Below are positions 19,541 through 29,276 of a stretch of 64,000 nucleotides of DNA, one piece after another. Every line of letters begins with the position of its first letter. The stretch's first letter is position 1. A model generated the notes under the pieces. It saw nothing but the letters and a program-made list of their open reading frames with translations. It was not told the DNA's origin and made no database searches. Both the position numbers and the translations under genes were made by a program. Source of the stretch: Saprospirales bacterium (GTDB lineage Bacteria; Bacteroidota; Bacteroidia; Chitinophagales; Saprospiraceae); NCBI GenBank assembly GCA_031425155.1, contig JANPIV010000044.1, forward strand, positions 7,413 through 71,412, read 5' to 3'.

Positions 19541-19651
19541 TATTTATATTTTTGTTGATTAAGATGAACGGTTAGCACCAGAGACGTACCCGGCTCAAGC
19601 CAGCATTACCGCTGGTGCAGTGTTGGCGGTCGTGCTTTTTCGTTTCTATTT

Positions 19652-20254
19652 TCATTTTGGTTTTTTATACATCACCAGATTTGCAGCCTCATTCCATGAA
19701 TCTTTATCTATCTCAACCATATTGCTCTGGCCAGCATAAAAGGTAAGATTCGAATTTAAAATTATTGGATTCAATCCATTTTTTTCCCTTGAGTGCAACA
19801 GTTCAATAAACCATGATTTATCATTGTGAAAAAGCGAATATTCACTATGGTTTCGGAAATTTCTGAATCTATATCCTGTTTCGGTTATGCCAAAAAGAAT
19901 GCAGTCATAATTTCTCGGAATTAAGTTGATGCTTTCTTTTGATTCTACGTCTGTGGTTGATAAATAAAAATCTAACACTTTTCGAAAAATGTATGACTTC
20001 TGAGTTAGCAGTAACTCTCTACAATCACCTATCATGTAAACCCCCTCGAGTTCTTTTTTTATATCTAAAGGTTTAATTTCAACCAACGTCTCCCCATTGA
20101 TTATAAAATCTGGAATCCATCCATCCAAATCGAACGGTTCATATTCAAATGGAATATTTGTTAAATCAAAGTAAGCAGCCCATCTCGCTTCTAATCGAGA
20201 CCGATATTGCCTACCCTTATATTTTGTTGGTATTGGCTTAAATTCGTATTCCAT
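19652..20254 (-). CDS. PD-(D/E)XK nuclease-fold protein (phage-type N-terminal domain) with an unknown C-terminal domain
   Basis: Start taken at MEYEFKP (ATG 20252-20254). YRSRLEARWAAYFD..GWIPDFIINGETLVEIKP gives a D..ExK core. Confidence 0.55.
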   Translation of the reverse strand: MEYEFKPIPTKYKGRQYRSRLEARWAAYFDLTNIPFEYEPFDLDGWIPDFIINGETLVEIKPLDIKKELEGVYMIGDCRELLLTQKSYIFRKVLDFYLSTTDVESKESINLIPRNYDCILFGITETGYRFRNFRNHSEYSLFHNDKSWFIELLHSREKNGLNPIILNSNLTFYAGQSNMVEIDKDSWNEAANLVMYKKPK

Positions 20255-20622
20255 TCGTTTTTCTATTTTTACATGATCACCATCTATTGCACTCCCGCAA
20301 CCAACCACTAAACCTTCCTCAAAAGGTCGGGTAAATGTTAACGCCCATTGCCGGAATGGCTTGCACTGCCGCAGTCGCGAGCGAAAGCACTTGTCGGCGG
20401 TGCAATAATGCGCAAAGTTCGACTTTCCCCAACAAACTGCTCTCACCCACGATGTTTTTTCGACAAAAAATTTGCCAGTGCTGCCCTTTCACCCGGAAGG
20501 CTGCCACTGTTACTACGGAAAGGCATTTTTGCCCGGTGATTAGCCGAATAAATCATGTAGCGTCGGTGGAAGTGAAACATTTAGAGCGATTATTTGTAGC
20601 TCTCTTTCAAAACGCTGCAAAC

Positions 20623-21765
20623 ATGTCTATTCGCTACCGATGGTTGGTCCTTGCGCCGCTACTACTTTTGTCTCTTTCGATCGCGTCGGCGCAGTCGGAT
20701 ACAAGTTCCCGGTTCAGTCGGCTGTTGGCCCGCCTGACCAAAGACGACCGCCCGCCGGAACGCCCGCGTTTTCTGGCTTATCCGACCTTAGGCTATTCAC
20801 CGGAGACCAGTTTTGAATTCGGTGTGGCGTCCTCCCTGCTTTTTCACGCCAGGAACGACTATCAGCGTAACCGGTTGAGTGAGGTCACCGCTTTCGGGTT
20901 TTTTACCCTGCGTTCCCAGTACGGTTTGTGGGTGGACAACGCGGTGTACACCGACCGGGATGGCTGGTTATTGCTGGGCAAGGCGCGTTTCCAACGCTTC
21001 CCGCTGCTTTATTTTGGCATCGGGGCGGATGCGCCGGAAGAAGACCCTACGGTGGTGGACGGCAATTATACGTTGGTGCGCCAACGGGTCCTGCGGCAGG
21101 TCAGCGGCAATTTTTTCGCCGGGTTGCAGGTAGATGTACAACATCTGGCGCAGGTGGACTTTGGCGGCGATCAGCCTACGCACCCCCTGCCGGAAGGCGC
21201 CGCTGGCTCGACGAATATCGGCGTTGGTCCCAGCCTGGTGTACGATTCGCGGCCCAACATGCTCAATACCCGCGCGGGCTGGTTTGCGGAATTGTCGTGG
21301 TTGCATTACGGGCAGGCCCTGGGTAGCGATTATGCCTTCGAGGTGTTCAGCGCAGAACTGCGGCGCTATCACCAATTGAACGCCAAGTCGGTATTCGCCT
21401 GGCAATTGAGTGGAAATGCCGTGCAGGGCAACGCGCCCTTCAATATGCTTAGCCTGATGGGCAACGAAATGCTCATGCGCGGCTATTACACGGGCCGGTT
21501 CAGGGACCGGCAATACTATGCCGCACAGGCGGAGTACCGCTGGTTGCCTTTCCCGTTCAGCCGCCGCCTGGGCGGTGCCGCTTTTTTGAGCGCGGGCGCC
21601 GTGTCACCCTCACTCGGCGCGCTCAGCACCCGACAGGTCAGGCTGGCTGGCGGAGCAGGCCTCCGCTTCCTTATTTTTCCTAAAAAAGACATTTTTGTGC
21701 GCCTGGATGCTGGCTTTACCCGGGAAGGCGTAGGGTTTTACATTTTTACAGGAGAGGCTTTTTAG
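20623..21765 (+). CDS. Outer-membrane beta-barrel protein (Omp85/surface-antigen-like)
   Basis: Signal peptide after the ATG at 20623, alternating beta-strand pattern, C-terminal ..FTGEAF. Confidence 0.65.
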   Translation: MSIRYRWLVLAPLLLLSLSIASAQSDTSSRFSRLLARLTKDDRPPERPRFLAYPTLGYSPETSFEFGVASSLLFHARNDYQRNRLSEVTAFGFFTLRSQYGLWVDNAVYTDRDGWLLLGKARFQRFPLLYFGIGADAPEEDPTVVDGNYTLVRQRVLRQVSGNFFAGLQVDVQHLAQVDFGGDQPTHPLPEGAAGSTNIGVGPSLVYDSRPNMLNTRAGWFAELSWLHYGQALGSDYAFEVFSAELRRYHQLNAKSVFAWQLSGNAVQGNAPFNMLSLMGNEMLMRGYYTGRFRDRQYYAAQAEYRWLPFPFSRRLGGAAFLSAGAVSPSLGALSTRQVRLAGGAGLRFLIFPKKDIFVRLDAGFTREGVGFYIFTGEAF

Positions 21766-21774
21766 AGCGCGTTT

Positions 21775-21832
21775 AAGTGTGGCACACCATAGTTGATTTT
21801 CAATAATCAAGTTTAGGTGTGCCACACTTTTT
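21775..21832 (+). terminator. Hairpin plus T-run terminator
   Basis: AAGTGTGGCACACC (21775-21788) pairs with GGTGTGCCACACTT (21816-21829), followed by TTT. Confidence 0.65.
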
Positions 21833-22068
21833 CGACCACGACCACCTGTACTGGCAGGCGGCCGGCAAAAACCATGCGACGGGCGAAAAGACCACGCTCA
21901 TCCAGCTCTTCGAGGAGCGCGATAAGGCCGATTTTTTGCGGACGATGGAAGCCTGGTTGGAGCGGTGGGAGAGGACGTATAGTGGGCTTTTAAAAAAACG
22001 AAACTTGTTCCAGTGTGATTTCCTATCATTGCGCAAAGTTTTATTCTCAACAAATAAAATAATGCAAA

Positions 22069-22341
22069 ATGGAAGATAGGCACAAGTTTAGTCAGGTTCA
22101 AGAATCCCAGCATTCCATCGAAGAGGCCACACCTGATCCGGTTGCGCTTGAAAAGCGCCGACGTTTGCTGCACAACGCAAAATATTGGTTGGGCGCAGGG
22201 GTATTGCTCATGGGTATAAGTTTCGGCACCACTCTTTTCTTCTCTGGCAATGGCGTGTCGTTTGTCACCACCTGTATGTACATTTTGACGACATTGGGCA
22301 CGGCTTGCGTCCTGAAGTCCTTGGTGAACGTTTTCAACTGA
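22069..22341 (+). CDS. Small hypothetical membrane protein
   Basis: 90 aa with two predicted TM helices. No homology recognised. Confidence 0.35.
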   Translation: MEDRHKFSQVQESQHSIEEATPDPVALEKRRRLLHNAKYWLGAGVLLMGISFGTTLFFSGNGVSFVTTCMYILTTLGTACVLKSLVNVFN

Positions 22342-22446
22342 CTGAACACTCAACCCAATCCAGTTGGGGCATATGCGCTAACCTGAAATGACCAAAACTT
22401 AACCCAAACGTAATCTGCTAATCCCGCCTGCTGTACGCTGCCGCGC

Positions 22447-22454
22447 TACCTTTG
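22447..22454 (+). promoter_or_regulatory. -7 promoter box TACCTTTG of the pst operon
   Basis: Exact TAnnTTTG match 15 nt upstream of the pstS ATG. Confidence 0.5.
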
Positions 22455-22468
22455 AAAAAAGGTCTGTT

Positions 22469-23344
22469 ATGCGCGAAACCCTGATTTTATCCCTGCTTAT
22501 TTGCCTCGTTGGATGCGGTCGGCAAAACGTTGAAAATATTACCATCAAAGGATCGGATACCGAAGTAAACCTGGTGCTGCAACTGGCCGAAGCCTACATG
22601 GACACCGATCCGACCGTGTCCATCAGCGTCTCCGGTGGCGGTAGCGGGGTCGGCATTGCGGGGCTGCTGAACGGCAGAATTGACGTGGCCAACTCCTCCC
22701 GCGAGATCATGAAAGAAGAACTCGCTATGGCGGCACAGCGGCAGTTGAATGCCGAACCCTTCGTTTTTGCCGCCGATGCGCTGGCCATAATATGCCATCC
22801 GTCCGTATCTTTCGACAGCCTGCAACTGGATGAGCTGGGGCGGATTTTTTCCGGAGAGGTGCAAAACTGGTCGCAACTCGGTGGCCGCGCAGGTCAAATA
22901 TCCCTGTACGGGCGGCAGAGCAATTCCGGCACGTTTATGTACTTCCGCGAGCGGGTGCTGGGTAAGGATTATGCGCCCGGCATCAAACAAATGAATGGCA
23001 ATGCCCAAATTCTGGAAGCCATAAAGGCCGACGCGAATGCCATTGGCTACATTGGTTTTGGCTACCTGACCGACGAAAGCGGTGCCCTCTGGCAGGGCAT
23101 TAAAGTCATCAAACTAGGTAGTGAGCGCGGTAAAAACGCCATTTCGCCGCTCGACCGGGCTGCTATCAAGGCTGGTTTATACCCGCTCACCCGACCACTT
23201 TTCCAATTTACGAATGGCGAACCCACAGGCAAAACCCGCGCCTTTTTTGCCTTTGAAAAAAGTGCCGCCGGGCAGGCCATCATCGCCAAAAACGGCTACT
23301 TACCCGCTGCCGAGGCTGGTTTGGTCTCCAATTTCAGCCAATGA
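22469..23344 (+). CDS. pstS: Phosphate ABC transporter substrate-binding protein
   Basis: 291 aa lipoprotein-like protein. PstS-family sequence (GSDTE.., GGGSGVG). Confidence 0.9.
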   Translation: MRETLILSLLICLVGCGRQNVENITIKGSDTEVNLVLQLAEAYMDTDPTVSISVSGGGSGVGIAGLLNGRIDVANSSREIMKEELAMAAQRQLNAEPFVFAADALAIICHPSVSFDSLQLDELGRIFSGEVQNWSQLGGRAGQISLYGRQSNSGTFMYFRERVLGKDYAPGIKQMNGNAQILEAIKADANAIGYIGFGYLTDESGALWQGIKVIKLGSERGKNAISPLDRAAIKAGLYPLTRPLFQFTNGEPTGKTRAFFAFEKSAAGQAIIAKNGYLPAAEAGLVSNFSQ

Positions 23345-24225
23345 AACAACGTCTTTTTTGGGATATCTTCTTTGCCCGCCTCCTGGCCGGGGCGGCCTGG
23401 GTGTCGGTGCTGACGCTGGCGGGCATTTTTTTGATGCTGTTGTTCAATAGCATCCGGGCGTTTCAGAGCATCTCCCCCACCCAGTTTTTCTCTATAGCAG
23501 CCTGGAATCCAGCAGCTTACGGAGAGGCCACCTATGGCATTGGCGCGATGCTGGTCAGCACCTTCTTAGTCACGATGGGGGCGATGCTGATCGCCGTCCC
23601 GCTCGGCATTGGCACGGCAGCCTTCCTTTCGGAAATCGCCTCGCCACGGGTGCGTAATATTCTGAAACCCGCCATCGAAATGCTGGCCGCCGTGCCTTCG
23701 GTGGTCATCGGTTTTTTGGGCATTGTGCTGGTCGCGCCCGTACTGGCCGACGTGTTTCATTTGCCCAACGGATTGAACGCGCTCAACGGCTCCATTCTGC
23801 TGGCGGTCATGGCCTTACCTACGCTGATTTCGGTGACGGAAGATGCCATCCATGCCGTGCCAAAAGATTATAAAGAAGCCAGTTACGCCCTCGGTGCCAA
23901 CCGCTGGGAGACGCTCGTGCGGGTGACGCTGCCCTCCTGCACCTCCGGCATTCTGGTGGCGGTGATGCTCGGTCTGGGGCGGGCCCTCGGCGAAACGATG
24001 ACCGTACTGATGGCTACGGGCAATGCGACTGCCATGCCGCATAGTTTCTTCGATCCGGTGCGTACCATCACCGCTACCGTGGCCATCGAAATGGGCGAAG
24101 TGCCATCGGGGACACCGCATTTTTACAGCCTGTTTGCCTGTGCGCTGGTCCTTTTTCTGATCACTCTTTTCGTCAATATGGCGGCTGAACGGGTAGCGGC
24201 AGGATTTAGACAAAAGGGACAATGA
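23341..24225 (+). CDS. pstC: Phosphate ABC transporter permease
   Basis: 294 aa, multi-TM, EAA-type loop (EASYALGANRWETL). Confidence 0.9.
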   Translation: MKQRLFWDIFFARLLAGAAWVSVLTLAGIFLMLLFNSIRAFQSISPTQFFSIAAWNPAAYGEATYGIGAMLVSTFLVTMGAMLIAVPLGIGTAAFLSEIASPRVRNILKPAIEMLAAVPSVVIGFLGIVLVAPVLADVFHLPNGLNALNGSILLAVMALPTLISVTEDAIHAVPKDYKEASYALGANRWETLVRVTLPSCTSGILVAVMLGLGRALGETMTVLMATGNATAMPHSFFDPVRTITATVAIEMGEVPSGTPHFYSLFACALVLFLITLFVNMAAERVAAGFRQKGQ

Positions 24226-25061
24226 CTAGAAAACTGTATCAAGTGCTGGGAATCGCCGCCCTTTTTGCCTGTGCTTTGGTTGTGCTGGCCATATTGGGTG
24301 TGGTGCTTTTTGATCTGACGGCAAAAGGAGGGCCGACGCTTTCGTGGCATTTTCTGAGCCAATATCCCAAAAAGGGCATGACCGAAGGCGGCATTTTACC
24401 GGCTATTTTCGGTACCACGGCGGTCACTTTGCTCTCCACGCTACTGGCCACGCCGCTGGGCATCGGCTGCGCGGTATTTCTGCACGAATATGCCCCCGAC
24501 AACCGGATTTCCCGGCTGATCCGTGCTTCTATCCGCAACCTGGCCGGGGTGCCGAGCATTGTCTATGGCCTGTTTGGGCTGGCGATCTTTATGCAGTTTT
24601 TCGGCATGGGCGCATCGGTGCTGGCTGCCGGTTGCACCCTGGGTCTGCTGACGCTGCCCTCCATCATTACCACCACCGAGGAAGCCCTGCGCAACGTGCC
24701 GCGCCTGACCCGCGAAGGCGCACTGGCGCTCGGTGCGACCAAATGGGAAACCATTCGTACCGTAGTGTTGCCCGCTGCCGTGCCGGGTATCCTCACGGGC
24801 GTCATTCTCGCCTTGTCGAGGTCGGCGGGGGAGACGGCACCAATTCTCTTCACCGGCGTGGCATTTTACACCCGCTATTTGCCTGCGTCGGTGCTGGACG
24901 AATTCATGGCTTTGCCTTATCATCTCTATATTTTATCTACGCAGCACCATGCTATTGAGGAGGTGCGGCCATTGGCTTATGCCACGGCGTTGACGTTGTT
25001 AGGATTAGTTTTTTTGCTCAATTTGACCGCTTTTTGGGTGCGGGCGAGGTATAAACAGTAA
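24222..25061 (+). CDS. pstA: Phosphate ABC transporter permease
   Basis: 279 aa, multi-[16 protein letters not shown] loop. Confidence 0.9.
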   Translation: MTRKLYQVLGIAALFACALVVLAILGVVLFDLTAKGGPTLSWHFLSQYPKKGMTEGGILPAIFGTTAVTLLSTLLATPLGIGCAVFLHEYAPDNRISRLIRASIRNLAGVPSIVYGLFGLAIFMQFFGMGASVLAAGCTLGLLTLPSIITTTEEALRNVPRLTREGALALGATKWETIRTVVLPAAVPGILTGVILALSRSAGETAPILFTGVAFYTRYLPASVLDEFMALPYHLYILSTQHHAIEEVRPLAYATALTLLGLVFLLNLTAFWVRARYKQ

Positions 25062-25065
25062 GAAA

Positions 25066-25824
25066 ATGGAAAAAACAAAAATTGAAATACGTGGCCTCGA
25101 TCTGTTTTTCGGAAAAAAACAAGCCCTGAAAAACATCGTCGCCGATCTTCCCGAAGGCAAAATCACCGCGCTCATCGGCCCGTCGGGTTGTGGCAAAAGC
25201 ACCCTGCTGCGCTGCCTCAACCGGATGCACGACCTGAATCCGCAGGCGAAAATAACGGGCAAAATTATGCTCGGCGACCTCAATATTCTGCATGGCCGCA
25301 CCAATGCCGTCCACCTGCGCCGCCGGGTGGGTATGGTGTTTCAAAAGCCGAATCCATTTCCGAAAAGCATCGCCGAAAATGTGGCTTATGGATTAGAGAT
25401 CAATCACTTGTGCGACAAATCACAACTGGCTGGACGGGTGGAGCAGAGCCTGCGCGACAGTTTTTTATGGGAGGAAGTAAAAGATGAGCTGGACAAATCT
25501 GCGCTGGACCTGAGCGGCGGACAGCAGCAGCGGCTGTGCATCGCGCGGGCCATCGCCGTCGAGCCGGAGGTCATTCTGATGGACGAACCCTGCTCCGCAC
25601 TCGACCCTATTTCGACCGCCAGAATCGAGGAACTGATGCTGAAACTCTGTGGTCGTTTTACGCAGGTCATCGTGACCCATAATATGCAGCAGGCGCAGCG
25701 CGTGTCGGACTACATAGCATTTATGTATCTGGGTGAACTAATAGAATTTGGCGAAACCAAGCAGATTTTTGAAAACCCGCAACAGGAACTAACTAAAAAT
25801 TACGTGGCCGGGCATTTTGGATAG
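25066..25824 (+). CDS. pstB: Phosphate ABC transporter ATP-binding protein
   Basis: Walker [10 protein letters not shown], signature LSGGQQQR, Walker B ILMDEP. Confidence 0.95.
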   Translation: MEKTKIEIRGLDLFFGKKQALKNIVADLPEGKITALIGPSGCGKSTLLRCLNRMHDLNPQAKITGKIMLGDLNILHGRTNAVHLRRRVGMVFQKPNPFPKSIAENVAYGLEINHLCDKSQLAGRVEQSLRDSFLWEEVKDELDKSALDLSGGQQQRLCIARAIAVEPEVILMDEPCSALDPISTARIEELMLKLCGRFTQVIVTHNMQQAQRVSDYIAFMYLGELIEFGETKQIFENPQQELTKNYVAGHFG

Positions 25825-25912
25825 TATTATTAAAAATAATAGACTTGTTGCAGCATTGGTAATCAATTGCTTACATATTTTTGGACTTTTGTCCCCGACT
25901 TTATCGGGGCAT

Positions 25913-26018
25913 GCTATTCAGAGCCGTAAGGCGTGGAATCCGAGGTAGAAGGCCGAAATTAAATATCTTTATAGAGTAGGCCTTCGGCCTCGGATTCCAC
26001 GCTACACTCTGAATGACA
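25913..26018. repeat. Palindromic intergenic repeat, copy B (same family as 17512-17601)
   Basis: Shares the arms ATTCAGAGCCG.AAGGCGTGGAATC.GAGG / CCTCGGATTCCACGCTAC.CTCTGAATGACA. Confidence 0.8.
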
Positions 26019-26027
26019 AAACATACT

Positions 26028-26135
26028 AACTGATGTTACGCACTAAATACGTTTATGAAACCTTTGGAGGTTTCGCAAACGCCACGCAATCAACCCGTTT
26101 AAACGTCGCTCTGTGATTTGTACGTAACATCAGAT
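26028..26135 (+). mobile_element. MITE-like element M1 (TIR AACTGATGTTACGCAC)
   Basis: TIRs at 26028-26043 and 26120-26135 (14/16). Interior homologous to M3 in the opposite orientation. Confidence 0.6.
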
Positions 26136-26231
26136 ACTAATACCTACTCTATAAAACCACCGCAACAAGTCTCGTATAATACTTAAAGTACTTTGATCGA
26201 TTAAAATACTCGTATGTTCAATAAATTTATG

Positions 26232-26391
26232 TTATAATCTGATGTTACGCACGATATAAAAATCGAGTGGAGATATGATTGGACTTTTCAGCCACTCGAT
26301 TTCTCTTAGCCGTTGTTGAGCGTCCTCGCCAACAACGGCAGGAGATGGTTTCTCTGCCAATCATTGTGGTTGTGCTTAACATCAGTTATAA
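26232..26391. mobile_element. MITE-like element M2 (same TIR, different interior)
   Basis: TIRs TTATAATCTGATGTTACGCAC (26232-26252) and GTGCTTAACATCAGTTATAA (26372-26391). Two internal hairpins. Confidence 0.55.
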
Positions 26392-26428
26392 TATAATGAT
26401 AGTTTAAAGGTGCGTTGACCATATAAGT

Positions 26429-26468
26429 AATGCGTCATTCCGATATTTTCGGGATGACGCATTTTTTT
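26429..26468 (+). terminator. Strong rho-independent terminator with no gene within 600 bp upstream
   Basis: AATGCGTCATTCCG / CGGGATGACGCATT stem followed by T7. Confidence 0.7.
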
Positions 26469-26474
26469 ACCGCT

Positions 26475-26540
26475 TGACGAAGGTCACCCTACCGCCTAAT
26501 GCAGGTCATTAACTGGCGGTTTCTCCTCCCGATACATTTG
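26475..26540 (+). promoter_or_regulatory. Dual CRP/FNR-type box promoter of the yceI-porin cluster
   Basis: Box1 TGACGAAGGTCA at 26475, box2 TAATGCAGGTCA at 26497, -7 TACATTTG at 26533. Confidence 0.5.
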
Positions 26541-26556
26541 TACAAAAATAACGGAG

Positions 26557-27126
26557 ATGAAAATCAAATTTGCAATTTACTTCTTTTTCACGCTTTCGTT
26601 TGCTTTCGGGCAGACTGGCTACCGCGCAACGAACTTTTCTTTGGTTATAAAGGGAACTTCCAACCTGCATGACTGGCAATCCACCGCTAAAGAGGTGCGC
26701 ACGAATGCATCGCTTAATTTAGAAGCGGGGGTACTTAAATCCATCCCATCACTCAGTGTGGAAATTCCGGTCAAAACCATCAAGAGCGGTAGAAGCTCCA
26801 TCATGGATAATAAGACCTATGATGCACTGAAAGCAGACGATTTCCCCAATGTAACCTATAAACTGGAAAAGGTAACTGGACTGGTTAAAAAAGGTAACAC
26901 TTACGACATTAATACGACTGGTTTTCTGATGATTGCGGGCACTACTAATAAAATAGACCTGTATGTACAAGGAAAAGTAGGTGACGGGGGCGACATTACT
27001 TTCACCGGCTCTAAGAAACTAAAAATGACGGAGTATAAAATGAAACCGCCAACTGCGCTGATGGGCACTCTGACCACCGGCGACGATATTGAAATAGTTT
27101 TCCAAGTAACCTTGAAACAATTTTAA
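26557..27126 (+). CDS. YceI-like periplasmic protein
   Basis: 189 aa. Signal peptide and LVIKGTSNLHDW YceI-type motif. Confidence 0.8.
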   Translation: MKIKFAIYFFFTLSFAFGQTGYRATNFSLVIKGTSNLHDWQSTAKEVRTNASLNLEAGVLKSIPSLSVEIPVKTIKSGRSSIMDNKTYDALKADDFPNVTYKLEKVTGLVKKGNTYDINTTGFLMIAGTTNKIDLYVQGKVGDGGDITFTGSKKLKMTEYKMKPPTALMGTLTTGDDIEIVFQVTLKQF

Positions 27127-27152
27127 AACAATTCAAAAACTCAACTTCTTTC

Positions 27153-28520
27153 ATGAAAAATTCAACTTCTTTCCTCATTCTCGCGCTGGTTTTTAGCGCC
27201 ACTGTGGCTTTTGCTCAACAGCCCGATATCCAGTACTTCCGCCCGTGGGATAAAGATGGGATCAATGTATTTGAACCGTCAAAAAAAGCGGAACAACCAG
27301 CATTTACCGGATTTAAACTCCGTATTGGTGGTTCGTTTACCCAGGATTATCAGAACCTGAAACATTCTAATAAACCAACCTACGTGGCTACTTCTGCTAC
27401 GAATCCGGCCAATAAAAATATATTGTACGGGGTAGTAAAATCTGAAGATTCTACTAGTGCCACCCTGTCCGGTTTTAACCTGGCCATGGCCAACCTGAAC
27501 CTGGATATACAAATTGCCGATGGTATTCGGGTGTCTTTGGAAAACTACATGTCTTCCCGCCACCACTCCGAGTTCTGGGTAAAAGGCGGCTACATTCAAA
27601 TGGACAAATTGCCCATGTTTGGCAGCCCACAGTGGTTTACTGACTATGTACGGGTCAAGATCGGGCACTTTACACCCAACTTTGGCGACATGCACCTCCG
27701 CCGCTCGGATGGTGGCAACACGATCTTTAATCCATTTATCGAAAATAACATTCTGGATGCTTTCGCTACGGAAATCGGCGGTGAAGTATATGTCTTCCCG
27801 ATAGATGGTTTGATGGGTATGGTTGGCCTGACCACTGGTTTTATCAATGGTAATGTTGATAATTACCCAACGAATGCAGTAGCACCCAATGTAGAGCCAA
27901 GCCAGAAAAAGCCTTCTGTTACTTTAAAACTGGCTTACGATAAAAACTTTGGCGACCTGCGTTTTCGGTTATCTGGCTCCATGTACAACAACAGCGGCAG
28001 CGCACGGAACACTTTGTATGCTGGTGACCGCACCGGATCACACTATTTCATGGTAGTAGAACCTTCTACGGGTACTTATGCTGCCAATAAAGATTCCGGT
28101 CGTTTCCCAGGCATGGGTGTGGCGAATAAAATCAACGCTATTAGTATTAATCCTTTTGTTAAGTTCCACGGACTGGAAATATTCGGTGGTTATGAAATGG
28201 TCAAAGGCCGTACGAATAGCGAACGGAATGGTTCAGAACGCAAATTCAATCAATTGACAGCCGAAGGACTCTATCGTTTCCTGAAAAATGAGCAAGCCTA
28301 CATTGGTGCCCGCTACATTCAGGCAAAAGGTACCCCACAAGGCTTTGCCAATGAAATATCTATTGATCGGGTCGCTTTGGCCGCTGGTTGGTTCCCCACT
28401 AAAAATCTGTTGCTGAAAGGTGAATATGTAGTACAGAACTACAAAGACTTCCCCACTACAGACTTCCGCAACGAAGCAAAATTCAGTGGATTCATGCTGG
28501 AAGCAGCCATTGGTTTCTAA
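27153..28520 (+). CDS. Porin-like outer-membrane beta-barrel protein
   Basis: 455 aa. Signal peptide, beta-strand periodicity, C-terminal ..EAAIGF. Confidence 0.7.
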   Translation: MKNSTSFLILALVFSATVAFAQQPDIQYFRPWDKDGINVFEPSKKAEQPAFTGFKLRIGGSFTQDYQNLKHSNKPTYVATSATNPANKNILYGVVKSEDSTSATLSGFNLAMANLNLDIQIADGIRVSLENYMSSRHHSEFWVKGGYIQMDKLPMFGSPQWFTDYVRVKIGHFTPNFGDMHLRRSDGGNTIFNPFIENNILDAFATEIGGEVYVFPIDGLMGMVGLTTGFINGNVDNYPTNAVAPNVEPSQKKPSVTLKLAYDKNFGDLRFRLSGSMYNNSGSARNTLYAGDRTGSHYFMVVEPSTGTYAANKDSGRFPGMGVANKINAISINPFVKFHGLEIFGGYEMVKGRTNSERNGSERKFNQLTAEGLYRFLKNEQAYIGARYIQAKGTPQGFANEISIDRVALAAGWFPTKNLLLKGEYVVQNYKDFPTTDFRNEAKFSGFMLEAAIGF

Positions 28521-28565
28521 TACACTGCATTTGAAAAACTTGGCCCCATATCCTTCCGCAAGGCT

Positions 28566-29240
28566 ATGGGGCTTTTTTCCACCTTTTCTCAAACAAAACA
28601 TAGTATGATTACTAATAAAAACCGCTGGACTTGTATTGCGCTTTGTTTCGTAGCCAGTATCTGCCTGATGAGTAGTAGTCATAATATGGCTACTAATAAA
28701 AAACGTTACCGTTTGGCCGAGGGCAGTCGCCTCTATCTCAAAGGGTCTTCTAATGTAAATACTTTCACCTGCGATTGTGAAGATCAGTATGCAGAACAAG
28801 TAATTGAAATAGAACCGGATGGTGGTCATGCCCGGTTTCGTCATGTGGAACTGTTATTGAAATCGAGGAATTTTAATTGCCACAATCGCAAGATAGACGC
28901 CGATATGCAGAAAGCCCTGCAATCAGTCCAGTATCCGCACATTAAAGTGGCTTTGGCAGATACCTGGCACGATGCCAAATGTTTGCATGGCGGCTGCCAG
29001 GATTGGTTTGATGTACAGGCGAAAGTCAATATTACGATTACCAAAGTAACCAAAGAGGTGTCTATTCCGGCCCAGGCCAAATTACTGGGCCACAATCAAT
29101 TCCGGCTCCGGGGCGAACAAGCCCTGCAGATGAGCGCATTTGGTATTGCTCCGCCCGAAGCGATGTTTGGTATGATCAAAGTAAATGACTGGATCGTCTT
29201 TCATTTTGATTTGATCGTACAAGTGGACGAAGTAAAGTAA
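28566..29240 (+). CDS. Cys-rich YceI-like protein
   Basis: LYLKGSSNVNTF motif resembling YceI. The start may be the ATG at 28605. Confidence 0.55.
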   Translation: MGLFSTFSQTKHSMITNKNRWTCIALCFVASICLMSSSHNMATNKKRYRLAEGSRLYLKGSSNVNTFTCDCEDQYAEQVIEIEPDGGHARFRHVELLLKSRNFNCHNRKIDADMQKALQSVQYPHIKVALADTWHDAKCLHGGCQDWFDVQAKVNITITKVTKEVSIPAQAKLLGHNQFRLRGEQALQMSAFGIAPPEAMFGMIKVNDWIVFHFDLIVQVDEVK

Positions 29241-29276
29241 ATCTGATTTTTTACCACAAATGTTTAATATCCAACG

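Noticed and set aside
21819-22079. 86-aa ORF downstream of the outer-membrane protein gene
   Set aside because: It starts with GTG inside the terminator hairpin. It may be a remnant of an older gene (..FLRTMEAWLERWERTY..), but I cannot identify the family.
26028-26391. Considered whether the CTGATGTTACGCAC-ended elements are integron attC sites or a CRISPR-like array
   Set aside because: The ends do not fit the GTTRRRY/RYYYAAC cores. No intI or cas genes are present. The units are not regularly spaced direct repeats.
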